Made by a program: the position numbers and the translations under genes
Shown: positions 18,665 through 30,495 of the stretch, one piece after another
How positions within the stretch are numbered: the stretch's first letter is position 1
How the letters are laid out: each line of letters opens with the position of its first letter
Assembly: GCA_024571205.1 (NCBI GenBank)
Contig: GCA_024571205.1_4523.1
Origin: a phage
Length of the DNA stretch: 64,000 nt
Strand: one strand, 5' to 3'
The notes under the pieces: model-generated
What the model saw: the letters and a program-made list of their open reading frames with translations, nothing else
Databases searched by the model: none
Told to the model about the DNA's origin: nothing

Positions 18665-19521
18665 AACAATACCAATACCTGATTAATGATATCCTAGAAA
18701 ATGGCTACGAAACAGACAACCGTACAGGCACAGGAACAATTGCCCTGTTCGGAACTAAATTACGTTGGGACCTGACTAAAGGATTCCCTGCAGTAACAAC
18801 TAAGAAATTAGCATGGAAAGCTTGTATTGCCGAGTTACTGTGGTTCATGTCCGGTTCTACTAATGTTAATGAATTACGTCTTCGTACTCATGGTAGTCTA
18901 ATTGAAGGTAAAACTATTTGGGACGATAATTACGAAAATCAGGCAAAAGACCTTGGTTATCATAGTGGTGAACTTGGTCCTATATATGGTAAACAATGGC
19001 GTGATTTCGGTGGTGTGGACCAATTAGTTGAAACAATCGACCGTATTAAAAAATTACCAACTGATCGTCGTCAAATTGTTTCTGCCTGGAACCCTGCCGA
19101 AATTGACCAAATGGCTCTTCCTCCTTGTCATATGTTCTATCAATTTAATGTGCGTAATGGTCATCTTGATTTACAATGGTATCAACGCAGTGTAGATGTT
19201 TTCTTGGGCCTGCCGTTCAACATTGCCTCGTACGCTGCCTTGACGCATATTGTGGCTAAGATGTGTAATCTTATCCCGGGTGATTTAGTATTCTCAGGCG
19301 GCAATACGCATATCTACAGCAACCATGTAGAGCAGTGCAAAGAAGTTCTTCGTCGTGAGCCTAAAGAACTGTGTGAACTTAAAATTGATTGGCCTGAAGG
19401 ATTCTCTGATTGGAGCACGACATTACAGCTTCATTGGGTAACAGAGCATATGAATCCGAGTGATTTCATTCTTAAAAATTACGAATCTCATCCAACTATC
19501 AAAGCTAAAATGGCGGTATAA
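18661..19521 (+). CDS. td: thymidylate synthase (intronless)
   Basis: 286 aa continuous ORF, MKQYQYLINDILENGYETDNRTGTGTIALFG...PPCHMFYQFNV...; no intron interrupts it, unlike T4 td. Confidence 0.93.
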   Translation: MKQYQYLINDILENGYETDNRTGTGTIALFGTKLRWDLTKGFPAVTTKKLAWKACIAELLWFMSGSTNVNELRLRTHGSLIEGKTIWDDNYENQAKDLGYHSGELGPIYGKQWRDFGGVDQLVETIDRIKKLPTDRRQIVSAWNPAEIDQMALPPCHMFYQFNVRNGHLDLQWYQRSVDVFLGLPFNIASYAALTHIVAKMCNLIPGDLVFSGGNTHIYSNHVEQCKEVLRREPKELCELKIDWPEGFSDWSTTLQLHWVTEHMNPSDFILKNYESHPTIKAKMAV

Positions 19522-19776
19522 ATGATTTTACGTTTTATTAATTCATATGGCACCACAATTTTTGAAATGAAAAATCCAAGTGAACTGGATATCCCTTCAC
19601 CAAATAGTGAAATCACGGTTAAAGGTGAACGATTCGTTTGTTATTCACATGAACGAATTTATGAATATCGTGAATTTTGTGGTGGTTACGGTATGGAAAA
19701 AGAACCATTGGTTTATTTCGATATCACGGTCTTGACTCCTAAAGAATACAAAGAAATTATTGCTAAGAATAATTAA
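19522..19776 (+). CDS. hypothetical protein between td and nrdA
   Basis: 84 aa ORF starting at the td stop. Confidence 0.5.
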   Translation: MILRFINSYGTTIFEMKNPSELDIPSPNSEITVKGERFVCYSHERIYEYREFCGGYGMEKEPLVYFDITVLTPKEYKEIIAKNN

Positions 19777-19865
19777 CGCTTCAGTTTAAAAGTGTATAAT
19801 AAATTAACGGGATAAATACTATCCCCCGTTTGGAGTAATGTCTATCAACCTATACCGAGGAATAT

Positions 19866-22121
19866 ATGCAAGTAACTAAGAGCAGTGGGGTATCCCAAAA
19901 TTTTGATGCACAGAAAATTATTCAAGTATTAACGTGGCAATGTGAAGGAACACAAATCGACCCATATGAATTGTACGAAGAAATTAAGACCCATCTTGTT
20001 GACGGGATGAGCACCAAAGATATTCAGAAGATTTGTATTAAAGTTGCAGCCAACTCGATTTCTGTCGAAGAACCTGATTATCAATATGTTGCCGCTAAAG
20101 GATTAATGTTTGCACTTCGTAAAGATGTGTACGGACAGTTTGAACCTCCTGCTTTTATCGACCATATCTCGTATTGTGTTAATGAAGGCAAATACGATCC
20201 TGAGTTGTTGTCTAGATATTCTGCAGAAGAAATCATTTATCTTGATTCTCGGATTAAACATGAGCGAGATTTTGATCTGACTTATGCTGGTGCTATGCAG
20301 CTTAAAGAAAAATACCTGGTTAAAGATAAAACAACTGGGAAGATTTATGAAACTCCACAGTTTGCTATCATGGCTATCGGTATGGCCTTACATCAAGACG
20401 AAACTCATGACCGTTTGAAACATATTATTCGTTTTTATGATGCCGTTTCTACTCATCAAGTTTCATTGCCTACTCCAATTATGGCAGGTGCTCGTACTCC
20501 AACTCGCCAGTTCTCTAGTTGTGTAGTTATTGAAGCCGGCGATTCGTTAAAATCTATTAACAAAACTTCAGCATCAATTATTGAATATATTTCTAAACGA
20601 GCTGGTATCGGTATCAACGTTGGTATGCTTCGTGCAGAAGGTTCTAAGATCGGTATGGGTGAAGTTCGACATACAGGTGTTATTCCATTCTGGAAACATT
20701 TCCAAACTGCAGTAAAATCTTGTTCTCAAGGTGGTATTCGTGGTGGTGCTGCTACAGCGTATTATCCAATGTGGCACTTAGAAGTAGAGAACCTATTAGT
20801 TCTGAAAAATAACAAAGGCGTGGATGAAAACCGTATTCGACATATGGACTACGGAATTCAGATTAATGACCTCATGATGGAACGCCTTGGTAAAAATGAT
20901 TATATTACTTTATTTAGCCCTCACGAAATGTCAGGCGAACTATATTACTCATTCTTTGAAGATCAAGATAAATTCCGTGAGCTTTATGAGAAAGCTGAAA
21001 AAGACCCAACAATCAGAAAGAAAAGAATCAAAGCACTAGAACTCTTTGAATTGTTCATGACTGAACGTTCTGGTACTGCTCGAATTTATCCACAGTTTGT
21101 TGATAACACGAATAACTACACTCCATTTATTCGTGAAAAAGCTCCAATTCGTCAGAGTAACTTATGTTGTGAAATCGCTATTCCAACTAATGATGTGAAT
21201 GGCCCTGATGCTGAAATTGGTTTATGCACGTTATCTGCTTTTGTATTAGATAAATTTGATTGGCAAGACCAAGATAAAATTAATGAACTTGCTGAAGTAC
21301 AAGTACGTGCACTTGATAACCTGTTAGACTATCAAGACTATCCGGTTCCAGAAGCTTTAAAAGCCAAAAAGCGTCGAAATCTCGGTGTTGGTGTGACGAA
21401 CTATGCTGCATGGTTAGCTTCTAACTTTGCTTCATATGAAGACGCTAACGATTTGACTCATGAATTGTTTGAGAGATTGCAATATGGCCTTATCAAAGCA
21501 TCAATCAAACTCGCCAAAGAAAAAGGATGTTGCGAGTATTATTCAGACACTAAATGGTCTAGAGGCGAATTACCTATCGACTGGTACAATAAAAAGATTG
21601 ACCAAATCGCAGCCCCGAACTACGTCTGTGACTGGGAAGAACTTCGAGCTGAACTCAAAGAACACGGAATTCGTAACTCAACGTTGTCTGCACTCATGCC
21701 ATGCGAATCAAGCAGCCAGGTCTCAAATAGCACAAACGGTATTGAACCACCTCGTGGCCCAGTAAGTATTAAAGAATCTAAAGAAGGTAATTTCCGTCAA
21801 GTAGTTCCTAATATTGAACACAACATGGGTCTTTATGACTATGCGTGGAAACTTGCTAAGAAAGGTAATAAACCTTATTTGACCCAAGTTGCTATCATGT
21901 TGAAATGGGTGTGCCAATCTGCTTCTGCTAATACTTACTATGATCCTGCAGTATTTGAGAAAGGTAAAGTGCCAATGTCAGTAATGCTTGACGATCTGCT
22001 TTACTTCTGGTACTTTGGCGGAAAAAACCTCTACTATCATAACACTCGTGATGGGTCAGGTACAGATGACTATGAATTAGAAACACCTAAAGCTGAAGAT
22101 TGTTCTGCTTGTAAGCTTTAA
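19866..22121 (+). CDS. nrdA: aerobic ribonucleoside-diphosphate reductase alpha subunit
   Basis: 751 aa, class Ia RNR large subunit features, T4 NrdA length. Confidence 0.93.
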   Translation: MQVTKSSGVSQNFDAQKIIQVLTWQCEGTQIDPYELYEEIKTHLVDGMSTKDIQKICIKVAANSISVEEPDYQYVAAKGLMFALRKDVYGQFEPPAFIDHISYCVNEGKYDPELLSRYSAEEIIYLDSRIKHERDFDLTYAGAMQLKEKYLVKDKTTGKIYETPQFAIMAIGMALHQDETHDRLKHIIRFYDAVSTHQVSLPTPIMAGARTPTRQFSSCVVIEAGDSLKSINKTSASIIEYISKRAGIGINVGMLRAEGSKIGMGEVRHTGVIPFWKHFQTAVKSCSQGGIRGGAATAYYPMWHLEVENLLVLKNNKGVDENRIRHMDYGIQINDLMMERLGKNDYITLFSPHEMSGELYYSFFEDQDKFRELYEKAEKDPTIRKKRIKALELFELFMTERSGTARIYPQFVDNTNNYTPFIREKAPIRQSNLCCEIAIPTNDVNGPDAEIGLCTLSAFVLDKFDWQDQDKINELAEVQVRALDNLLDYQDYPVPEALKAKKRRNLGVGVTNYAAWLASNFASYEDANDLTHELFERLQYGLIKASIKLAKEKGCCEYYSDTKWSRGELPIDWYNKKIDQIAAPNYVCDWEELRAELKEHGIRNSTLSALMPCESSSQVSNSTNGIEPPRGPVSIKESKEGNFRQVVPNIEHNMGLYDYAWKLAKKGNKPYLTQVAIMLKWVCQSASANTYYDPAVFEKGKVPMSVMLDDLLYFWYFGGKNLYYHNTRDGSGTDDYELETPKAEDCSACKL

Positions 22122-22176
22122 GACTTTTGATTATAATTTACTCATGGATGAGTTAATAACTAAGTGAGAAAATATA

Positions 22177-23355
22177 ATGAGTACAGTTTTTAACACGCAA
22201 CAAGTCGATGTTTTGAATGAACCGATGTTCTTTGGTTCTGGTCTTGGCCTCGCACGGTATGATATTCAGCGTCATAAAGTTTTCGAAGAACTTATAGAAA
22301 AATCCTTGTCATTTTTCTGGCGTCCAGAAGAGGTAAACTTGATGTTGGACTCTGCGCAGTTCAATAAGCTTCCTCAGTTCCAACAGGACATCTTTACAAA
22401 CAATCTTAAGTATCAATCATTATTAGATTCTATCCAAGGCAGGGCCCCATCTGCGGTACTTATGGCACTGATTTCTGACCCTTCATTAGATACATGGGTC
22501 GCAACATGGACATTCAGTGAAACTATTCACTCTCGTTCGTATACTCATATTATGCGAAATCTTTATACTGATCCATCGAAGGTATTTGATGAAATTGTAT
22601 TAGATGAAGCTATTATGAAACGCGCTGAATCCATTGGACGTTATTATGATGACGTTTTGATTAAAACCCGTGAATGGGAAAATGCTAAAGAAATTTTTAA
22701 GTGTTTTTCCGAAAATGAATATGATTTAGATGCATATTCAAATAGTCTTATGCACATTGAAGAATGTAAACATGACCTAATGAAGTCTCTTTATCTCTGT
22801 TTGCATGTTATCAACGCCTTAGAAGCTATTCGTTTTTACGTATCATTTGCATGTACTTTCAACTTCCATAAAAATATGGAAATTATGGAAGGCAATGCAA
22901 AGATTATGAAGTTCATTGCTCGTGACGAACAACTCCATCTCAAGGGTACTCAGTACATTATCCGTCAACTTCAATCTGGTACTGACGGTGATGAGTGGGT
23001 TCAAATTGCTAAAGAATGTGAACAAGAAGCAGTTGACATTTTTATGGAAGTAAATAGTCAAGAGAAGGAATGGGCTGCACACCTTTTTAAAGATGGTACA
23101 TGTCCAGGTATCAATACTCAGAGTATGTGTGCTTTTGTTGATTACTTGACTGTGTCTCGTATGAAACAGTGCGGTTTGCCATGCCCAATCACTGACGCTC
23201 CGACCAAGCATCCGTATCCTTGGATTCGTGAATATCTGAACTCTGATTTAGTTCAAGCAGCTCCTCAGGAAGTTGAAATCAGTTCTTATCTTGTTGCACA
23301 AATTGATAATGATGTAGACCAAAATGTAATCAATTCATACAAAAAATATTTCTAA
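22177..23355 (+). CDS. nrdB: aerobic ribonucleoside-diphosphate reductase beta subunit (intronless)
   Basis: 392 aa continuous ORF with di-iron/tyrosyl-radical type sequence; no intron, and only 55 bp separate it from nrdA. Confidence 0.93.
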   Translation: MSTVFNTQQVDVLNEPMFFGSGLGLARYDIQRHKVFEELIEKSLSFFWRPEEVNLMLDSAQFNKLPQFQQDIFTNNLKYQSLLDSIQGRAPSAVLMALISDPSLDTWVATWTFSETIHSRSYTHIMRNLYTDPSKVFDEIVLDEAIMKRAESIGRYYDDVLIKTREWENAKEIFKCFSENEYDLDAYSNSLMHIEECKHDLMKSLYLCLHVINALEAIRFYVSFACTFNFHKNMEIMEGNAKIMKFIARDEQLHLKGTQYIIRQLQSGTDGDEWVQIAKECEQEAVDIFMEVNSQEKEWAAHLFKDGTCPGINTQSMCAFVDYLTVSRMKQCGLPCPITDAPTKHPYPWIREYLNSDLVQAAPQEVEISSYLVAQIDNDVDQNVINSYKKYF

Positions 23356-23356
23356 G

Positions 23357-23380
23357 GACGGGACTTCGGTCCCACTTTAT
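23357..23380 (+). terminator. hairpin / probable terminator after nrdB
   Basis: GGGAC-TTCG-GTCCC hairpin followed by a T-rich tract (actttatt). Confidence 0.45.
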
Positions 23381-23381
23381 T

Positions 23382-23792
23382 ATGAAAGATATTGCCGCCG
23401 AATATTCCTTTATTAAATATATAGAATTGGAGCTATTAGAAGATGCAACAATTAAAACCATTGATGCCCCTAATAAGAAAAATGTCATATACGCTATTGC
23501 TATAGATGACGAACTTGTGTATATTGGTAAAACCAAGAATTTAAAGAAACGCATTAACTATTATCGAACAGCCATAAATCGAAAAGACCAGACTTCAGAT
23601 TCAAGAAAATCACTTATGATTTTGGATGCCTTAATGCAAGGCAAAAAGGTTGAATTCTGGGCCCGCCAATGTTTTGACCTTTCAGTCACTAACGAACTTG
23701 GTTCAATGACCATTGCAACAATGGACCTTGAAGAACCACTTTTTATCAAAAAGTTCAACCCGCCTTGGAATATCCAACATAAGAAAAAGTAG
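23382..23792 (+). CDS. denA: endonuclease II (GIY-YIG family)
   Basis: 136 aa, ...VIYAIAIDDELVYIGKTKNLKKRINYYRT... GIY-YIG motif; same length and near-identical to T4 EndoII. Confidence 0.88.
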   Translation: MKDIAAEYSFIKYIELELLEDATIKTIDAPNKKNVIYAIAIDDELVYIGKTKNLKKRINYYRTAINRKDQTSDSRKSLMILDALMQGKKVEFWARQCFDLSVTNELGSMTIATMDLEEPLFIKKFNPPWNIQHKKK

Positions 23793-23821
23793 TTTACATA
23801 CCACAAGGATTGTGGTACAAT
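23792..23821 (+). promoter_or_regulatory. T4-type early promoter for rnlA
   Basis: GTTTACA -35, 17-nt spacer, TACAAT -10. Confidence 0.5.
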
Positions 23822-23839
23822 TTAAAAAAAACTAACTGA

Positions 23840-24973
<1,134 letters not shown>

Positions 24974-24975
24974 TG

Positions 24976-25005
24976 GTTTACAAACACCAAGGATGGTGTT
25001 ACTAT
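24976..25005 (+). promoter_or_regulatory. T4-type early promoter for alc
   Basis: GTTTACA -35, 17-nt spacer, TACTAT -10. Confidence 0.5.
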
Positions 25006-25035
25006 GGTTTTTATCAACAACACGAGGAGAAAATT

Positions 25036-25536
25036 ATGAATATGCAATTGATTACTAACGATATGGTTGTGGCAGCATTTGGTGATTCTACAGATGGAAT
25101 CCGGGTCTTTAAGAAAGGACGTCCAGTTGGTTATCTTACTGACCTCCGTGTTACACTGGCCAAAAATCTTAAAAAGAAAGTAAAACAAAAAGAGTATTCC
25201 ACCCGATACGCTGAAGAGAAACGCGAAGCGATGCCAGAAGCAGTTAATGCCATGGTAGAATTTCTTCAAAACAATTTGACTAAATACGACGCTAATGTGT
25301 TCATTAATATTAGTCAACCAAACGTACATATCGCAGGTATAAAATTCTACATCATTTGCGACCCTCTTACCGACAAATTCAACCGTCTCGGAATTTCAAG
25401 CCCGTATCATACAGCAGAAGAGTTGTGTGTATTGTTTGAATCGTACAAAATCCAGTGTGATGGTTTGAAAACCGTTCTTATCAATGGATTATCCCGAGAT
25501 GAAATCATTGAGATTATTAAAACATGCTTAAAGTAA
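25036..25536 (+). CDS. alc: Alc (host transcription shutoff)
   Basis: 166 aa from ATG 25036 (SD gaggag); the track ORF start at 24973 lies inside an early promoter (24976-25005). Position after rnlA as in T4. Confidence 0.75.
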   Translation: MNMQLITNDMVVAAFGDSTDGIRVFKKGRPVGYLTDLRVTLAKNLKKKVKQKEYSTRYAEEKREAMPEAVNAMVEFLQNNLTKYDANVFINISQPNVHIAGIKFYIICDPLTDKFNRLGISSPYHTAEELCVLFESYKIQCDGLKTVLINGLSRDEIIEIIKTCLK

Positions 25537-25880
25537 ATCCGATTTATGCTATAGTAGCAGCTTTTGCTCTAGTTTCTACGGTAACAATAGTGGTCTTAAA
25601 CAACAAAGTTGATTCGTTGAATACTGAATTGGCCTCTGTTAAAGAGGCTGCTAAAAACAATGCTAAAGTATTAGACGACTTCAAAGTTCAATATCAGTCA
25701 ATCGAAGAAATGACTTATAAGAACCGTGTTTTAGTTGACCAACTTAAGGCTGAAAATGAAAAGCTCCGTAAGGATTCGAAGAAGAAGAACGTGGTGGCAA
25801 GTAAACCAGGATTGGTCGAAAAACAAATCAACAGGTCCTTCGATTCCTTTGCAGAAGACCTCAGGAAGCTCTCAGAATGA
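25524..25880 (+). CDS. pseT.3: i-spanin (inner-membrane spanin subunit)
   Basis: 118 aa, N-terminal transmembrane segment (IYAIVAAFALVSTVTIVVL) followed by a charged coiled-coil region; T4 pseT.3 position. Confidence 0.75.
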   Translation: MLKVNPIYAIVAAFALVSTVTIVVLNNKVDSLNTELASVKEAAKNNAKVLDDFKVQYQSIEEMTYKNRVLVDQLKAENEKLRKDSKKKNVVASKPGLVEKQINRSFDSFAEDLRKLSE

Positions 25881-26167
25881 TTAAATTAACCGCAGTTGTA
25901 TTATCTATTGGCATTTTGGCTGGATGTGCCCAGGATGTGCCCTTAAGCCCTAAAGAAACTTTACATCCGCAATGGCCTGAATCTATTGCTGAATATAACC
26001 AGAAATGGCAAGTAAAGGTTATTGATGGTAATCCATGGGTTGGAATGCCATTTGAAGACTCTCAAGAATTTCGTATCTGGTTAAACGACGTAAAAAGATA
26101 TGTACATGACCAGAAGACTATGTTATGTTATTATCGTAGTGGTTTAAAAGAGGAAAAATGCCAATGA
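25877..26167 (+). CDS. pseT.2: o-spanin (outer-membrane lipoprotein spanin subunit)
   Basis: 96 aa, lipobox LAGC at residues 14-17 after a signal peptide; overlaps the i-spanin stop. Confidence 0.75.
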   Translation: MIKLTAVVLSIGILAGCAQDVPLSPKETLHPQWPESIAEYNQKWQVKVIDGNPWVGMPFEDSQEFRIWLNDVKRYVHDQKTMLCYYRSGLKEEKCQ

Positions 26168-26382
26168 CTAAAGAACAGCATGAATACATTAAAGGGCTTA
26201 TCTATGAATCTGAAATGGCGGCTATGATTTATGGGCGCCAGATTCAACGATTAGAATCTTTGCCTCCGACTAATGACCGCTTGTTAGTTCAGTCTCGTGC
26301 TAATCTGAAAAATGAATACCAAAACAAGTGGGCAGTAGCGACTAAAGCTCTTCATGAGTATATCGAATCTTTAGTAAAATAG
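26158..26382 (+). CDS. hypothetical protein
   Basis: 74 aa ORF overlapping the o-spanin end. Confidence 0.5.
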   Translation: MPMTKEQHEYIKGLIYESEMAAMIYGRQIQRLESLPPTNDRLLVQSRANLKNEYQNKWAVATKALHEYIESLVK

Positions 26383-26411
26383 TTTACAAACTCTCAGGAG
26401 CAGAGTATAAT
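26382..26411 (+). promoter_or_regulatory. T4-type early promoter
   Basis: GTTTACA -35, 17-nt spacer, TATAAT -10. Confidence 0.55.
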
Positions 26412-26439
26412 GCTCCTATGGATAATTGAGGAAATCTAA

Positions 26440-26738
26440 ATGAAAATATTACTAGAGAATTACATCAAACGGTCTGATGAGTATATTGATATCTGCCGTG
26501 GAACGTCACTTGACAATTATGACAAAGATGCTGCAAAGGCACTAGATGAAGCAGGTAAAGCTCTTCGTAAAGCGGCTAAAGAAAAAGGGTTGGATTTGCA
26601 ACAACTCAAAAGTCATATGATTAAATTTATTTCTTCAAACGTTAGAAGTACGTCAATTAATAAAAACGTTGCTGAAATTAATAAAGACCGGCGCGAGCAT
26701 AACATTCGTATTCTTGAAACTTTCTTAGGAATAAAATA

Positions 26739-26739
<1 letters not shown>
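26440..26739 (+). CDS. hypothetical protein
   Basis: 99 aa ORF after early promoter 26382-26411 and SD gagg. Confidence 0.5.
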
Positions 26740-27825
<1,086 letters not shown>

Positions 27826-27826
<1 letters not shown>

Positions 27827-28017
27827 TGAAACGATTATATGAAGTGATTGAGGCCATCGAACAGCATAAAGAATATTTGTTTGTAGCCTGGCCTTTAGTA
27901 AATGGACAGTTCGGTATTGATGTGCTGGACTATGAGCATGAAGAACGTTTGGACGGTGGTATATTTGATAACGTCGACCAGGCAATTGAATGGTTAAATG
28001 AAAACTATGTACGATAA
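27826..28017 (+). CDS. hypothetical protein (cd.x block)
   Basis: 63 aa ORF. Confidence 0.45.
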
Positions 28018-28222
28018 ACATCATGAAATCGAAGATGAAGCATACAAAATGCTTCGTAAACTAGTGGGACTTAATATGAGTTCTACATTAATCAACAAGC
28101 TTACCGAAATTCGTAACGACCTGAATACTCGTTACAAAGGCGAATATCATGTAGAGTTTGTTCCTGTAGGCGAACCGACCGAGCAATTTGTTGTTCGAGT
28201 TAAAGTAAATACTGTACACTGA
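27998..28222 (+). CDS. hypothetical protein (cd.x block)
   Basis: 74 aa ORF. Confidence 0.45.
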   Translation: MKTMYDKHHEIEDEAYKMLRKLVGLNMSSTLINKLTEIRNDLNTRYKGEYHVEFVPVGEPTEQFVVRVKVNTVH

Positions 28223-28229
28223 GGTAATT

Positions 28230-28505
28230 ATGTTCCCTAAATATTCTGAAATTGTAAAGGTCGTTTTTAGTCAGATTATCGCAAATCATTTCTTTGATAA
28301 GCTGGATACTGCTACTGAGCTTAAGGTCCACTCTGAACTACTCTACGTTTTGAATACTCTGGTGCCTGACCAAGTGGATTCTGTGTCTGTTACATTGCTG
28401 CCCAGCTCGGCTCATTCGATTGTTGTGTTTGGTCTTGATGCTGAACTAGTAATTCAGTGTGAAGTTGATTTCGATTCACAAGAAATTAAATGTTTTGCAA
28501 TTTAA
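28230..28505 (+). CDS. hypothetical protein (cd.x block)
   Basis: 91 aa ORF. Confidence 0.5.
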   Translation: MFPKYSEIVKVVFSQIIANHFFDKLDTATELKVHSELLYVLNTLVPDQVDSVSVTLLPSSAHSIVVFGLDAELVIQCEVDFDSQEIKCFAI

Positions 28506-28535
28506 GTTTACAACATGGTGGAGTTGTGATACTAT
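28506..28535 (+). promoter_or_regulatory. T4-type early promoter
   Basis: GTTTACA -35, 17-nt spacer, TACTAT -10. Confidence 0.5.
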
Positions 28536-28563
28536 AACTCTACCAACAAATGAGGAAATTGAA

Positions 28564-28800
28564 ATGCTAAGTGAAAATCCAATTACAGTACACGAATTTC
28601 AGATTAAAGTAAAAGAATTTGCTCAAGCACTCATCAATAAAGTGTCTGAACGTTTCCAAGATGCAACATTACGAGTTATTCAAGAATCTCCACGTTCTTT
28701 TCTCATAATCGTTAATCCTAAAGATGGTGACCAAATTACTAATCTTAAATTAGGCAGTGATGGTCTTGTTGAAGCAACTCGAGTATATGGAACACTATAA
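28564..28800 (+). CDS. hypothetical protein (cd.x block)
   Basis: 78 aa from ATG 28564 after early promoter 28506-28535 and SD gagg; the track ORF start is inside the promoter. Confidence 0.45.
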   Translation: MLSENPITVHEFQIKVKEFAQALINKVSERFQDATLRVIQESPRSFLIIVNPKDGDQITNLKLGSDGLVEATRVYGTL

Positions 28801-28920
28801 TGAGAGCTATCTCATTACTATCGAGAATGGTCATAAATCTGAGCACTACCAACTTAGCCTGTCTAATCCGGTTAAAGGTATTGTTGAATCAGAATCTGTT
28901 TATATCTCCTAAGGATTGTT

Positions 28921-29913
28921 ATGTTACCTGTTGTCGGAAAACTTATTTCTCCAAAAGAACTGGCTGAGATTATTCCTTTGTCGGAAGCTTACGCATCACA
29001 AGTGGCTTCTCATCGCGAACAAGTTAATTCGATTATGAATGGTGAAGACCCACGCAAACTTATTGTTGTAGGTCCTTGTTCAATTCATGACCCTATTGCT
29101 GCTGTTGAATACGGCAAACGTCTGGCTGAACTTCAAACTCGTCTTCCTAATGTTCTGTTAGTGATGCGCGTTTATTTTGAAAAGCCTCGAACTACCGTAG
29201 GTTGGAAAGGTCTTGTAAATGATCCATATCTTGACGGAAGTTTTGATATGAACCACGGTCTTATAGTTGCACGAACATTGTGTCGTAAACTTCTACGTAT
29301 GGGACTTCCATTAGCAACTGAAGTATTAGACCCATTCACGATTAAGTATCTTTCTGGTATTTTCTCATGGGTTGCTATTGGCGCCCGTACGACTGAAAGT
29401 CAGACACATCGTGAAATTGCTTCAGGTCTACCGATGTGCGTAGGCTTCAAGAACGCAACCAATGGTTCTATTAAAGTAGCTACAGACGCGATGTATAGTG
29501 CCGCCTGGCCTCATCGGTATATTGGTATGGACGTCGATGGTACTGTAGGCATTGTTGAAGCTGAAGGTAATCAGAATACGCATATCGTATTGCGTGGCGG
29601 GACCAACGGCCCGAACTATCATTCTTCTGATATTCAAGAAGCTTCTAACAAAGCAAGGGCAGTAGGTCTGAATCATTATGTAATGGTTGACTGTAGCCAT
29701 GCAAACGCTGAAGGGCATTATAGCAATCAAATTGGTATTGGTAAAAATTTAGCAGCTAATGATTTGGTCAAAGGAATTATGATAGAATCGTTCCTACATG
29801 AAGGAAATCAAAAAATTTCTGATAATATGTCCTATGGCGTTTCCGTTACCGATGCGTGCATCAGTTGGGAACAAACTAAAGAGCTGTTAACTTATATTAA
29901 TAAGGTTCAATAA
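28921..29913 (+). CDS. 3-deoxy-D-arabino-heptulosonate-7-phosphate (DAHP) synthase, class I alpha (AroG/AroF/AroH-like)
   Basis: 330 aa with the hallmark motifs LIVVGPCSIHDP, FEKPRTTVGWKGLVNDP, IGARTTESQ, CVGFKNATNGS, VDCSHANAEG, ESFLHEGNQ, TDACISWEQT, colinear with E. coli AroG as recalled. Confidence 0.85.
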   Translation: MLPVVGKLISPKELAEIIPLSEAYASQVASHREQVNSIMNGEDPRKLIVVGPCSIHDPIAAVEYGKRLAELQTRLPNVLLVMRVYFEKPRTTVGWKGLVNDPYLDGSFDMNHGLIVARTLCRKLLRMGLPLATEVLDPFTIKYLSGIFSWVAIGARTTESQTHREIASGLPMCVGFKNATNGSIKVATDAMYSAAWPHRYIGMDVDGTVGIVEAEGNQNTHIVLRGGTNGPNYHSSDIQEASNKARAVGLNHYVMVDCSHANAEGHYSNQIGIGKNLAANDLVKGIMIESFLHEGNQKISDNMSYGVSVTDACISWEQTKELLTYINKVQ

Positions 29914-30494
29914 TGAAAGCTAGCACATACCTTCAGATTGCATATCTGATTTCTCAAGAATCAAAATGTTGTTCATGGAAAGTTGGTGCCGTCATTGAAA
30001 AAGATGGACGCATTATCTCTACTGGATATAACGGTTCACCTGCAGGTGGCGTTAACTGTTGCGAACATGCATCTGAAAATGGTTGGTTGAAGAATAAACC
30101 AATCCCAGTCATCGTTGCTGGACATAAAGAAGGCACTACAGCATTTGGACGGGTAGATAATTTTGTTTTAGCCAAAGAACATCGAGCTGCTCATAGTGCA
30201 TGGTCTGCTAATAATGAAATCCATGCAGAATTGAATGCAATTTTGTTTGCCGCTCGTAAAGGTAATTCTATTGAAGGTGCTACGTTATATACGACGCTTT
30301 CTCCATGTCCTGATTGTACTAAAGCTATTACGCAGTCAGGTATTAAAAAGGTCGTATACGCAGAATTATACGACCGATCTCCTGAAAATTGGGCAGATAT
30401 TCTAAAACAAGCTGGTATTGAAGTAATTCAGTACTCTCGTAATAATCTTCGTTCTCTGAATTGGGAACAAATCCGAAACTTTTGTGGTGAATAA
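29913..30494 (+). CDS. cd: dCMP deaminase
   Basis: 193 aa, ...YNGSPAGGVNCCEH...HAELNAILFAA...LSPCPDCTKAI zinc-binding deaminase motifs; T4 Cd length. Confidence 0.92.
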   Translation: MKASTYLQIAYLISQESKCCSWKVGAVIEKDGRIISTGYNGSPAGGVNCCEHASENGWLKNKPIPVIVAGHKEGTTAFGRVDNFVLAKEHRAAHSAWSANNEIHAELNAILFAARKGNSIEGATLYTTLSPCPDCTKAITQSGIKKVVYAELYDRSPENWADILKQAGIEVIQYSRNNLRSLNWEQIRNFCGE

Positions 30495-30495
30495 T

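Noticed and set aside
18661-19521. Group I intron in td (and similarly in nrdB, 22177-23355)
   Set aside because: Both ORFs are continuous at full T4 protein length with no interruption.
23382-23792. GIY-YIG ORF as a free-standing homing endonuclease (seg/mob type)
   Set aside because: Length (136 aa) and sequence match endonuclease II (denA), which is a GIY-YIG family member but not a homing endonuclease.
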